A stretch of 54,015 nucleotides of DNA, filler included, from Jimgerdemannia flammicorona (taxonomy: Eukaryota), in assembly GCA_003990765.1 (NCBI GenBank). It is 3 parts of 3 records of this genome, joined end to end, with 100 filler letters (N's around TTAATTAATTAA, not from the genome) between each part and the next. Parts side by side here need not be neighbours in the genome. Positions count along the whole stretch, not along the records: positions 1 to 17,940 come from RBNJ01002356.1; positions 18,041 to 35,978 come from RBNJ01002357.1; 1 more part is not named here. One strand, given 5' to 3'. The position numbers and the translations under genes are program-made. A model generated the notes under the pieces. It had not been told where the DNA came from. It saw nothing but the letters and a program-made list of their open reading frames with translations, and did no database searches. Below, piece by piece: positions 11,476 to 22,641 of this stretch. How positions within the stretch are numbered: position 1 is the first letter of the stretch; every line of letters starts with the position of its first letter.

Positions 11476-13627
11476 TCACAAAAACTGCTCCACCCATTAG
11501 TCCCAGGCCTTGATAAGCCTATTATCCATTATAAGTGTGATGACTATTGTATCTAAGCTCTTCTTGAAGGCAATGGTGTTATGGTGGTCATGTGATTGAA
11601 ATAGAATGACCATGTTGACTACAAACAGGACTCCAAAACTGTAGGTGAGGTCATACCAAACTCTACCACTATCCTCTCAGATTAGACCCTTCCTTTCTGG
11701 GACATAGAATATTACTGGGGTGATATTATTATCTATATATATAGATAGAGAAATATTGCACCCAATGTATCCTAATGTGACATGAGTATATAGTTGAGTG
11801 AACCCTTGGCCCAGGACCTCATACTGCCAGGCTGTACTGGTGGATATCTGCTCTTGGTCCAGCCCTGGGAGCTCCGGCTTAGAAACCTGCCAAAATAGAT
11901 AGTAACTGGTCAGTCCTTTTTGCATATGGGAGAGCAGAAACCCCCTAGGCTGCAGAAACCCCCTGGGCTGCAGTACCCAAATAAAGCAGAGCTCCTTACC
12001 TCATATAGCATGCTAAATTGCACCAAGAATATACATATACCATACTGAGATCACCACCAAGCTGGTCTGCCATATTCTCTATCAATCTGCTCAAAGAACT
12101 CCAGATCATAGCTACCATTGCTGTACAGACTATGTTGTACTTATATGCAGTTTGCTCTTCAATGGTACTTCTAAAGTTCCAGTAGGGGTATAAAATCTTG
12201 TACATTTCTGGAATTATATCAAAAAGAGTATGTTAGCAAAAAGTGTGATTTATCTGAGAAGGAGTAAAAAAAAGAGAAATGAGTGTAGGGGATTTCAAAA
12301 CTCTGGAACCCACTCTTTGTTAGTATTGCAGTATACCCAATTCCTATCCAAACCCCCCCTTCTTGCTTTTTTTGCTCTCTCTTTTCTACTACCTAGTATT
12401 TGATATAATCCTCATAAATCTTGTTGATATGGCAGTGAAGCTCATTACTGTATAGATTCCTTACCACTATTACAACTATCTCTCTATATTCATTAATAAT
12501 GATATGGTTCTCTTCATCATTAGTTACTTCTGCTGACCAATGGACTCTTGGTTGAGAACAATTGACTCTGATTCAAATATAGACCCCCAAGCCTTGATGA
12601 TAATACTGGTACTGCTCATGCTGAACATCTTGCTCTCAAATTTCTCTATTTGATCAGATGCTAAATTTGGTTGAACTTGGATAACTTTGAACTCTCCTTT
12701 TCAATAGAACTGAGCCCTGATCTGAGGGACTAAGATAAGTATGTAGACAGGTTGTATGTGGATAGATTATATGTGGATAGGTTGTATGCAGACAGATTGC
12801 ATGCAGATAGATTATATGTGGATGGGTTGTATATAGGTGGGTTGCATACAGATAGGTTTGCATGCAGGTGTGGGTGTTTTTAGGAAGAGATTATGTAAAA
12901 AATGAAGTTAAATAAAACACAGAGATGGATATTTTAGAAAAAGAGTATGAGTAAGTGAGTGAGTAAGTTGTATGCTGACAAGTTACACATCAATGAGTTG
13001 CATGAGTTGCATGAGTTGTATAAGATTGCTCATAAAGACTTACTTCTGTTTCTTTTGAGATCTCTGTCATGTGATATATTGACTCAATAGCTTAGCCACC
13101 AAAGGTATACTCTGCAATGTCCACCAGTCTTTCTTTATCTTAACCAGATGTTACAAATAAAGTTGGCAGATCTCACTATAGAGCTGTGGACCCTAAGAAA
13201 AGCATAAGGTAAATTGAGTCATGCTGGGGAAATTTAAATAAATATAAGTAAATAAGTAGTAGCTGAGTGAGCAACCTATATCTACTATTAGCTGCTCCAA
13301 AAAGGCTACTGCATACATAGTTATAAGGTCTGTGAATTCTGAGGTTCAAAGGGCTACCATGAGTTATTGCTGGAATTCTCCCTCATCTCTGCCATTACTA
13401 CTGCCATTGCTACTACCATCACTATCACTACTACTATTGCCACTGCTGTCACCTCTTTGGCTCTCGATGAGCAGCTTGTGTGCTTTCTATATGAGAAAAA
13501 ATCTAACATTATTAGCAGAGAGTGCATTTCCACCTTGAATACTCTCTCTTTTGATGATTATTACAGGGTAAAAAATAAGTAGACTGGACCAACATATGAA
13601 TTAAGAGCTGTTGTTTTGTTTGCTCAT
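11476..13627 (-). pseudogene. Cargo gene (TET/JBP-like) of the outer hAT copy
   Basis: Colinear with 5327-7549. ORF 11677-11925 reads VSKPELPGLDQEQISTSTAWQYEVLGQGFTQLYTHVTLGYIGCNISLSIYIDNNITPVIFYVPERKG and continues as *EDSGRVWYDLTYSFGV..VILFQSHDHHNTIAF. Confidence 0.58.
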
Positions 13628-14467
13628 GATGTGACAGGAAAGAACAAAGAAAAAGAACAAAGAAAAGAACAAAAGAAGAGAGGGAACAAAAGGAAAGAGT
13701 GATATCATCAAAGTGTGGCAAGAAAAAAAAACAAAAGCAAAATGAATAAAAGAAAGGGTAATGTCACCAAAGATTTCAATCCAGATGGATCAATCCAGAT
13801 CAATCTGGATTAGATCACAAGATCAATCCAAGTTGATTTGAATCCATCACATGATGAATCTGAATTAAATCTCATCTGAATCAACTCCATCCATTTGGAG
13901 TACTAATTAGCCTCAACCTCATAGAGATAAGATACAAAGAAGTAGCCAGTAATGAGAAAATAGTGAATAGTATTGATATCAGCAGTGGTAGAAGGAATCT
14001 CATCAGCCTGGAAGCTACAGAAGGGGGTAGTATCAATAAGGTGAGAGATAGTAAGAACTATATAAAGATAGTGTAATCTTAATAGATTGGAGAAAGGTAG
14101 TGGTGGTAATATCATATATAGCATTAGCAGTAGCAGTCTTGGCAGCAATGGAAGCCATACAGACCTCCTCAGAGAAGGCTTGATAATAGTCCCCAGAGAG
14201 GATAGAAAACTTAATAGTAGGTAAAACCACAGTATCAACATTATATCAAAGATAAACCTCCTTGATAGAGAGAGCCAGAACTGAGCAGAACTGAGTAAGG
14301 AGAGAATAACCTAATAAGCAAAGATTGAGAGAGAGAGAAAGGAGATATAAGATACATAAGCATTGAAGGATATATTAGCTGGGGTGAAGCAGAAGGAAGA
14401 GGAAGGAGAAAAAGCAATATCTTCTATAGCTATATTAGCAGTAAGAGTCCCAGAGGCAGAAGCAATA

Positions 14468-15331
14468 GCAGTAGTAGGAGAGAGTATAATGGAAGTTAGA
14501 GAAGAACTGAAAGGACCAGTGAGAGGGCCAAAGTCTGAGCTATAGTCAAAGAATAAGAAGACAGAGAGAAGATGAGATATATATAAAAAAGATAAGAAAT
14601 AATAATAGATAAAGAACAGAGCAGAAATTGTATCTATTATTTATTGTAATACAAAAGTATAGTTTTTATATATAAATATAAAGTCCTAAAAAGGAACAAT
14701 ATACTATAATATAAAAATAACCAGATTAGGAATCATATATTATATAAAGATAAGAAGAGAGTTAATTCCAGAGTAAGTATAAAAATCAGAAACAAATAAA
14801 TCTAAATCAAGATTAAAAAACATCTATAGACTTTAGAAGAGTGAGTGTAAGTGAGGAGTGAGGTCAAGCAGAGCAAGCTATAGTAAGCCTGAGGTAAAGT
14901 CAAGAGGCTGAAGATAGTAGAGGAGAGTGAAGTAAAGACTGAGACTCTGGAGTAAGTGTGAGATCTCAGAGGGGGCTAGAATGTTTTTTAATATCAATTT
15001 GGATTTATTTATTTCTGATTTTTATACTTACTCTGGGATTGACTCTCCTCTTATCTTTGTATAATATATGATTCCTAATTCAGTTATCTCTATATTGTAA
15101 TATATTGTTCCTTTTGAGACTTTGTATCTATATATAAAAACTGTGCTTTTATATAGCAATAAACAATAGATGCAATTTCTATCCTATTCTTTATTTATTC
15201 TTATTTCTTATCTTCTTTATATCTTACCTTCTCTCTATCTCCTTCTTCTTTAACTATGGCTCAGGCTTTGGCTCTCTCACCAGTCCTTCTGGTTCTCTCC
15301 TAACTCCCATTATATCTCCTTCTACTACTGC
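14468..15331. repeat. Long degenerate inverted repeat (arms ~14468-14823 and ~14981-15331)
   Basis: For example, CCAGAGTAAGTATAAAAATCAGAAACAAATAAATC pairs with GATTTATTTATTTCTGATTTTTATACTTACTCTGG. GTGAGAGGGCCAAAGTCTGAGCTATAGT pairs with ACTATGGCTCAGGCTTTGGCTCTCTCAC. Confidence 0.8.
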
Positions 15332-17940
15332 TCTCCACTCAAGTATCTCACAGCTCTTACTCAGTTAGTAAGGAGAAATTGAGATACTAATGTTCAGATC
15401 TATCTCTACTCTCTCCAAACTGACCACTCTCCAGTAATCTCTAATAGTCAGACTATAGACACCACTCTATCTCTAGTCTTATCTAAATATCTATCTCCTA
15501 GCAGTCAGCTGTTAGCATCTAGTCAATCCTTATTTAATATCTATTTATCCAATAGATATAGACCCACTGATCCTTCTATAATACTCTACTAGTATCTATA
15601 AAAAAGTCTAGTCTCTCTATCTCCTATACTGCCAGAATACTACTATAGCTACTAGTATCTCTCTCTTTATTGGTCCTATCTAATATTATATTCTAAATCA
15701 TATTAAAGTCTCCTCTAAGCACATCTACTCTAGCTTTAGCCAAAACTCTGCAATTCAAAAGTCTCTTCAATTACTCAATCTACTTATCTTATACTATCAG
15801 GTAATAGTAAGAGTTAATAATAATAGACTCTCACTCTGATCTATATCACTTCTCTCATACCAATCAGTCACTCTAGCTCTCAACTTTACAAAGATTGCCT
15901 TTATCACTCTATACTAGTATTCTAATTTTATTCCTCTAAGCTACTACTCTGTCTTATTCTCTAGTCCAATTCTGCTCATCTAAGTCCTTCTTCTAACATA
16001 CATTCTATAAAAGAAAAAGATCAGCCTCTAATCTCTTTAGCTAAGAAAAAATATTTCACCTTATAGAGCTTCTCAAATTATTCACTTTTAGTGAGAAAAT
16101 ATTAATTATACTATTTATAAGAATAAAATATTATAAAATATAACCAACTTCTCATAACTCTATACTCATCTCCTTATATATTAAGTTTAGGTCATATTTA
16201 GTTACAACCACTGCCTCTGCAGCCTCTCTTATCTCCAGACTCACTAAAATCTCAGCAATTACCTCATTTTCCTTCTCTTCCATCTCCTCTTTATACTCTA
16301 TATAAACTTCCTACCAGTACTGCAAACTATATCTTTGCTTAAACCAGAATACTGCTCTCTTCTCTACCAATACTACCAACTCAGTCTCCTGTACCTCATC
16401 AATCTCATACTCCTCCTTCTTGAGTAGGACTGCTAGAACTTTCATCTTCAGTTTTTCTATCAGTCTATCTCTCCTCAGTATACATACTCATTACTCCTTG
16501 TTGATCACTCATAAGTTTACTTTCTTCAACTCCTCAGTAGTCAATTTATTTATTATCTTAATCATCTACATCAAGTCTCTAATTTGTTTTCTCATAGGAG
16601 TCTCTAGCCTCTCTTCTCTCAATATCATTACATTAATATCTATACTTACTATTTCATTCTATTTCTTCTCAAACATATTATATAGCTCACTTTCAGTAAT
16701 ATCAACTACCTATATCTTCTTTACTATATCAGAAACTCTAAACTAAACTCTCAGCAAGTCCTTTATCTCTATATCTATCTTGTTCTCTACAATCTGTACA
16801 CTAGCTTTTATTTCTAATTTCTCCTTCTTCTCTCAGACTTCCAGCACTCTCTCATCATATAGTCTTGTAGCCCTATTTTCTTTACTCTCTACCATACCCC
16901 CTAGCTTTACCCCAGCTCTTACTTTAGTTTAAAAGCTTATTATCATCTTACTAGTATCTTCTCTATCTCTAATTATAGATCTATTCTTCATTGCTATCAA
17001 TAACTCCTACTGCTACTTCCAACTCTAAGTCTTCTTTTACAATATCTTATCTATCCTTCACTGTTTTCTATTTATGATCTCTAAATATATTAATGTTTTA
17101 TATACTCTTCATATAATTGCCCTCAGCTCTACTACTCCACTTAGCTCCTCTAGAGTCTCTAGCAAATTCTCCTCCTCCTTTATACTCTCTTTTACCTTCA
17201 TTATCTTATATATAAAAGCTCTCTATATTATTACAGAGGGCCAGTCCCAGGCCTTCTCAGTAGTCTTCTTCTCAGTAAGTTAAAGTCAGATATCTATATC
17301 TCTAGTTCTGAATATAGTTCTCTCTTAGACCTAGAATCCAATATCCACTACTTCACTATACTCTATTATCATCTTCTCTACTTTTCTTCTTGTCTCTACT
17401 ACTGTCTCTATAGACACCCCTTTCACTAGAAGTTGAACCACTCTTAGATCTCATCTCAAGTATTATACTATTAATACTATTATCTTTCCAATTATCAGCC
17501 CAGTCTTCAAAGTCTTCTCTAGTAGTCCCACTTTCTCAAACCTCACCTCAACTCTCTTCAGCTCTCTTAAGAACTTCACTAATATTGCTCTAGTCATTTG
17601 TTTTAAGATAAGTCTTAGAACTATCTTAATAGTCACTATTAGTCTCTAAAAGTAAAATATAATAGTAAATTTTAAGATTGATTTCTTAAGTAACAGTACT
17701 ATTACTAAGTCTATTATATCATTTATGAGGTTCTCTTTCCTTTCTCAGCCCACTAGTCTAGCCCCACTATCAGCTATCATATCTGTATTTTTTTCTAAAT
17801 TTTTAGTTATATTACTATCAGTAGTCTTCTCTTCTTCTCTAGTCACTATTTCTTTAGCTTTTTTTTTTATCAAAAAAGTCTATTCTCAGACTATATCTTC
17901 TTCTAACATACTGCTATCTGCAGACCTCAGGTCTGTTTTT
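15332..17940 (-). mobile_element. Extremely decayed repeat; part may be a non-LTR retrotransposon ORF1
   Basis: Essentially no CpG, TpA excess and strong purine/pyrimidine strand skew. Minus-strand remnant VVQLLVKGVSIETVV...EYSEVVDIGF..FRTRD near 17300-17450 is only suggestive of LINE ORF1. Confidence 0.3.
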
Positions 17941-18040
17941 NNNNNNNNNNNNNNNNNNNNNNNNNNNNNNNNNNNNNNNNNNNNTTAATTAATTAANNNN
18001 NNNNNNNNNNNNNNNNNNNNNNNNNNNNNNNNNNNNNNNN
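17941..18040. other. Artificial contig linker / assembly gap
   Basis: N-run containing TTAATTAATTAA (17986-17997), which has stops in all six frames. Confidence 0.97.
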
Positions 18041-18083
18041 AAAAAAAAAAAAGAGGGGGGGATAAAGAAATCCATCCACTCAC

Positions 18084-19575
18084 TCATCTCAACCTCGACG
18101 TGATAAACACCGGATGGCATATCGACGCGATCTTGTCTTCCCCATAGCTTCCTAAAATTCGGCAGGCCCGATGTACGCATCCAGACCATGAAGTGCTCGT
18201 TTCGGTTTAGTTCCGGCAGGCCAAAGGCCGGGTCGGCGGAGGAGTAATTACCGCCGGGGTAGCGCAAGGCCCAGTTGGGCGGTGGGCGGACGTCTGCGAT
18301 GCCGTACGCCGTCCGACCGTATTTGGCCCGATCTGTCGGCCAGGCGATCCCTGTCGAACTGAAGACGTACGTCGAATTCACGAAGCCACCTGGGGAGACG
18401 ATTGTGAAGTCCGAGATCGTGTCTGGTGGACGTGGGAAGGGAGGGGGTTTTACCGAGTATGAAGAAGATAGGTGGAAGGTGTCAAATTTACGTCAATAGG
18501 GGTGTGATTTATAACATATATCCGTCCACGGCGACCCCACTCACACACACACGGGCAAAAAATAAAAATAAAAAATAAAAGCGTACCATTAAAGATAGAA
18601 TTCGCAATCAACCCGCACGGATAATACGGCACGCTGTCATTGCTCCCCAAGGGCGCGCATGATGTGTCGAGTGTCCCGGCACCGACGGCCTCGCCCTTGA
18701 GCTGGCTGGCGTCGAAGCTCTTCACGTAGCGCCTGTGATTCTGGAAGAAGTTTGTGAGCCTGTAGTAAAGGAAAACGGGTGCCTTGAGGGGTTGCGGAAG
18801 GAAAAACTCGATAGCGCAGCGCGTAATGCTGATGTTGTTGGGATTGGGGCCTGTGAGGAAGGTCGGGGTCGCGAAGGACATAAAGCGCGGGTTGATATCG
18901 CTGTAGGTGGAAAAGGAGGAGGAGAATGACGAGATGGGAACGGGATTCATGTTGGGGTAGTTGCCGCAGTTGCTGTAATCGATGATGATTTCGTTAACCT
19001 GGGTTCGGAGTTGGGAGGTGAAGGACAAGGTGAAGGTGAGGGTATTTTAAAGTGAGCTCGTTGTGAGGTACCAGAAAATGCGGCAATGCGGTCTTTCTTC
19101 CTTTCCACAATCCGCGTCCGCCAATCTATCCAGCGTTCTCAAATCCACATATATTTATCCTCCTCGAGCAATAGTCCACACTATTCAAATAGAGTTTTGT
19201 CATACTTCCAAATACTTCCAAATCCTCCTCTCGCTAACTCCTGTATGACTTTGGGGTTTCGGCTCTTCCGCGGTCGTCCATCAAGCACACAACCTGCCCT
19301 GCCTGCCAAAAAGCTTACCATATTGCTAGCATACAGCAGCAGGCCTCCGATGGGCGCGAAAATTAGCCCAACAATGAAGAAGGTCGGCAGCACGGTCCTT
19401 GGGGTCAAGATGGGCTGCCATGCCGGTAACCGTTGCTGCTTGAACGGGGTGTCTGCGGATTAGGCGCATGAGTGAGCAAGGAAGAGGTGGCATGCGATCC
19501 TTGAAAGACGCTGAAGCGCCGATCCGAGTACGTACTTGTGGGTTTCCGGCTCTTGAGTTCACTTTGTTGTGACAT
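18084..19575 (-). CDS. CDC50: CDC50/LEM3 family P4-ATPase flippase beta subunit (3' end lost at the contig edge)
   Basis: GT-AG exons 19575-19536, 19452-19319, 18998-18587 and 18422-18084. Motifs [65 protein letters not shown] and [19 protein letters not shown]. Confidence 0.96.
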
Positions 19576-20443
19576 TTCGAATGAAGGGTAGGTTTTCGGG
19601 AGTGGGTTTCGCTCTCAATAGTGGATCCTCAAGGTATTATTGTGGGTACTTGTTATTCGGTCGCCATATAAAGCAAGGAAAGGGTGTTGGTAGAGCGAAA
19701 CCGCCGATAAAATTGCCGCAAAGCGGCTGGTCACGCCAGCCATCCAATCGATATGGCGCGTTTCGTCTCATAAAAATCATTTTGGAAAAATACACCCCAA
19801 CCCACACCCGTGCACTGCGGTATTATTATTATATATGCTATCCTCTGTCCATAGCCACCGTGCACATGACATCATCTAGTCCAGTATTTTTTGCATTGCG
19901 GCCAAACTCCGTTATTGCCGCATCCGATGGATGAGAAATCGCGTGTCTATTTCCATCGCGTTCCCCACATCAGGATTCGTCGGGTATCATGAAACCAAGA
20001 ATGACTTCATCAAGCCTCGTGAGCGCTTCTTACGAAATGAGTAATGTCCTTGTCCGTGATTAATCGCAACCGCAGCGAATGGGGGAAAGAGAAAGTGATT
20101 TATGTGCGCCACAGATCAGCTGCGGTTTACTGCGTGACTATGGAAGGGGGGAGAGACGTCGAAGCATGGCCGGAAAATATATAGCTGTGGGGATAAAGTT
20201 TCTATTTTTACGGTCGTCTCCAAGACTAATTAGGATCAAGCCCGGCAAGTGAAATGAGTGACCCAAAGTGGAAGTGCGCAGTCGGCGGAACCGTTTTGCC
20301 TTACCTGGCTGCTGTGGCAGCACACTCATCGCTTATATAAACCCACTTGTTCTCCCCAGATCACATCATTCGCGTCTCCTCATTCCCATCTACTCATTCC
20401 CGTCTACTCATTCCCGTCTACTACAACCCAATAAAGGACCAAG

Positions 20444-21313
20444 ATGCATCACAAAAAGTTCGACAACAGTACCCACCAAACCTCGTCCCCCAGCGATCGC
20501 CACATCACCCCTCCAATCAGCACCGCCACTCCGCCCTACGCCTTCCATATCTATCTCGTCACCCCCAACCCCGAGGCCTGGAAAACAGCCTTCGCGGCCG
20601 CCTCTGACCTCCTCAAAAACATGGACATCATCGATAGGAACCACCCCCACCTAACCTACACCATCTATAAGGGCACCTTTGAGCGATTCCTCAAAACGCA
20701 CAAAGCTGAAGCCATCGTCAGCCTTTCCAATAGTTTTGGCCTGATGGACGGCGGGGTGGATGCTAACATCTCGGACTACTACGGCGGCGCTGACAAGCTC
20801 ATCACGCACGTCCAACGCCGCCTCGAGGCCGACTGGTCGGGCCAGCAAAATCCTGGTACATGCACGATCGTCGACCTTCAGGACCTTCTTGTTGGATCTG
20901 GAACGACCCGCGCCGCCGGGCAGCACTACCCGCGCTACCTTCTCCACACACCCATCATGCGCCTGCCTAAGCACATCGACCCTTCCACAGACCTCATCTA
21001 CCGCTGTGTCTGGGCCATCCTCTCCGCTGTCCGCCGTCACAACTCCCCGCACAACCTGCTCACCCCGAGTGGGGCACAGCATCCGGCACGCATCAACAGC
21101 CTCATCATGCTTGGCATGGGAACCGGCGCGGGCGAGCTGCCTGAGGAGACGTGTGCGAGGCAGATGGCACTGGCGTGTAAGCATTTTGTGGAGGCGCCTT
21201 CGAATGGGAACCCCGAGGAAGATAGTATAGAGCCGATGAAGAATGGATATGCTAAGAGCTGGGCGTACGCTATGAAGGTGCAAGAGGAAGTGCTGGGGCT
21301 GGGGATACCGTAA
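20444..21313 (+). CDS. Macro-domain (ADP-ribose / Appr-1''-p processing family) protein, 289 aa, intronless
   Basis: Motifs AIVSLSNSFGLMDGGVDANI, YLLHTPIMRLP and GMGTGAGEL..CARQMALA. The ORF is GC3-rich and open. Confidence 0.88.
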   Translation: MHHKKFDNSTHQTSSPSDRHITPPISTATPPYAFHIYLVTPNPEAWKTAFAAASDLLKNMDIIDRNHPHLTYTIYKGTFERFLKTHKAEAIVSLSNSFGLMDGGVDANISDYYGGADKLITHVQRRLEADWSGQQNPGTCTIVDLQDLLVGSGTTRAAGQHYPRYLLHTPIMRLPKHIDPSTDLIYRCVWAILSAVRRHNSPHNLLTPSGAQHPARINSLIMLGMGTGAGELPEETCARQMALACKHFVEAPSNGNPEEDSIEPMKNGYAKSWAYAMKVQEEVLGLGIP

Positions 21314-22360
21314 AGGGAGGACGATGTGAGGACAATCCAAAGACATTTAATTACGCAGACACACGTAACGGTTCATCAATTGACATTTCTTTTGCGAGAA
21401 ACGCCCCGCAAATATATGTATAATATATATAGGCTTGTCGTGAGTGATGCCGCGCTGAGCATGTAAACATATCGCTGTAAATATGTATTTCTTATTGTTA
21501 CCCTAACCCACATAGAATCAAAGTTCAACACGCTCCAATAAAACGAGTTTGTGAAGAAAAAGTCGAATGAGGGAAATGTATCTTGGTGATTCCAAACCAC
21601 CTGAGGAAAAAAAAAAAAAAAGGGCACACCATGCACCATGACGAAATGGCTGAAGGGCCGCGAACGGTTGCGCGCGTCATTGTTGGGGATCACAGGTGCA
21701 GACAGCTGTACGCATTCAGTCCATTTTTAATTCTGCCTTGAACGCGCCCGCCGCAGGAGGCCCAAGTGTTTGAACAATCGTATCCATGGATCAAGAAAAG
21801 TCCATCTTCCAACATGGAATCTCAAAAACCGTCGATGACGCGTGTTGGAAATCCGTGACCTTTGGCATTGAACTCGCCAATGCAGCAAAATAAAAATAAA
21901 CACATCCCACCACCAGACGCAAAAATAGAACGCAGAGGCGCTGTCCCATTCGCCCCGCCTCGGAATCACAGCATTCGGCTGGTTTCTCCGGCCCTCGTCG
22001 AATGACTCAGGCACGCGCCGATGATGTTCACGACATGCTCCCTGTTTCTCCTAATGTGGTGAAATACAGATTCGCGAAATATTATGTATGCTAGGTTCAT
22101 ACAATTCGATTAAAATAATGTCTGTCAGGGAAATAACGCCTGGTGTAATTTAACCCCGTCACGAGGGACTGACGAGGGCTATATTTTATTTTATTTTTAT
22201 CTTAATGGTACACGGAGACGGAAACTGCATTGGTGGACAGCAAAAACATGTCATGGTGCGAATGAACACATTCAGTGGTGTACCACAAAGGTTGGCATGA
22301 GTGTTCAATGTATTTAACGCGTTCACCAAAACAATGTCGAGAAAATTTAAGGCGATCTTA

Positions 22361-22482
22361 TGGAAGGACATCGGTTATTGGAAGGATATCAGTTATTGGA
22401 AGGATATCAGTTATTGGAAGGACATCAGTTATTGGAAGGACATCAGCTATTGGAAGGACATCAGCTATTGGAAGGACATCAG
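22361..22482. repeat. 18-bp tandem repeat, ~6.8 copies
   Basis: Unit TGGAAGGA(C/T)ATC(A/G)G(T/C)TAT, located ~160 bp downstream of the chitin synthase stop. Confidence 0.95.
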
Positions 22483-22641
22483 GATCTATCTTGATAAAAC
22501 AACGTACAATCGACTTGCTTAAGATTGATAAAGGGAGACAATATGAAATACATTTTTGGGAATATTTCGCGATGTAAATGACAGAACAAGACAAACAAAA
22601 TCAACTACCCGGTATTCACCAGTTAATGCTTTTTACACACT

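Larger units (their letters stand above)
879..13905 (+). mobile_element. hAT DNA transposon, outer (older) copy, interrupted by the inner copy at 1429-7949
   Basis: Left end is TAGTGTTTTGAATA (879) and right end is ...CATTTGGAGTACTA (13905). Segments 879-1428 plus 7958-13905 are colinear with the whole inner element. It carries more stops and CpG/CpA-type transitions than the inner copy. Confidence 0.9.

Noticed and set aside
22275..22594. ORFs with WKDISY / IGRTSV / DVLPIT peptide repeats (possible repeat-peptide precursor)
   Set aside because: The 18-bp repeat is open in several frames on both strands. There is no signal peptide or KR/RR processing pattern.
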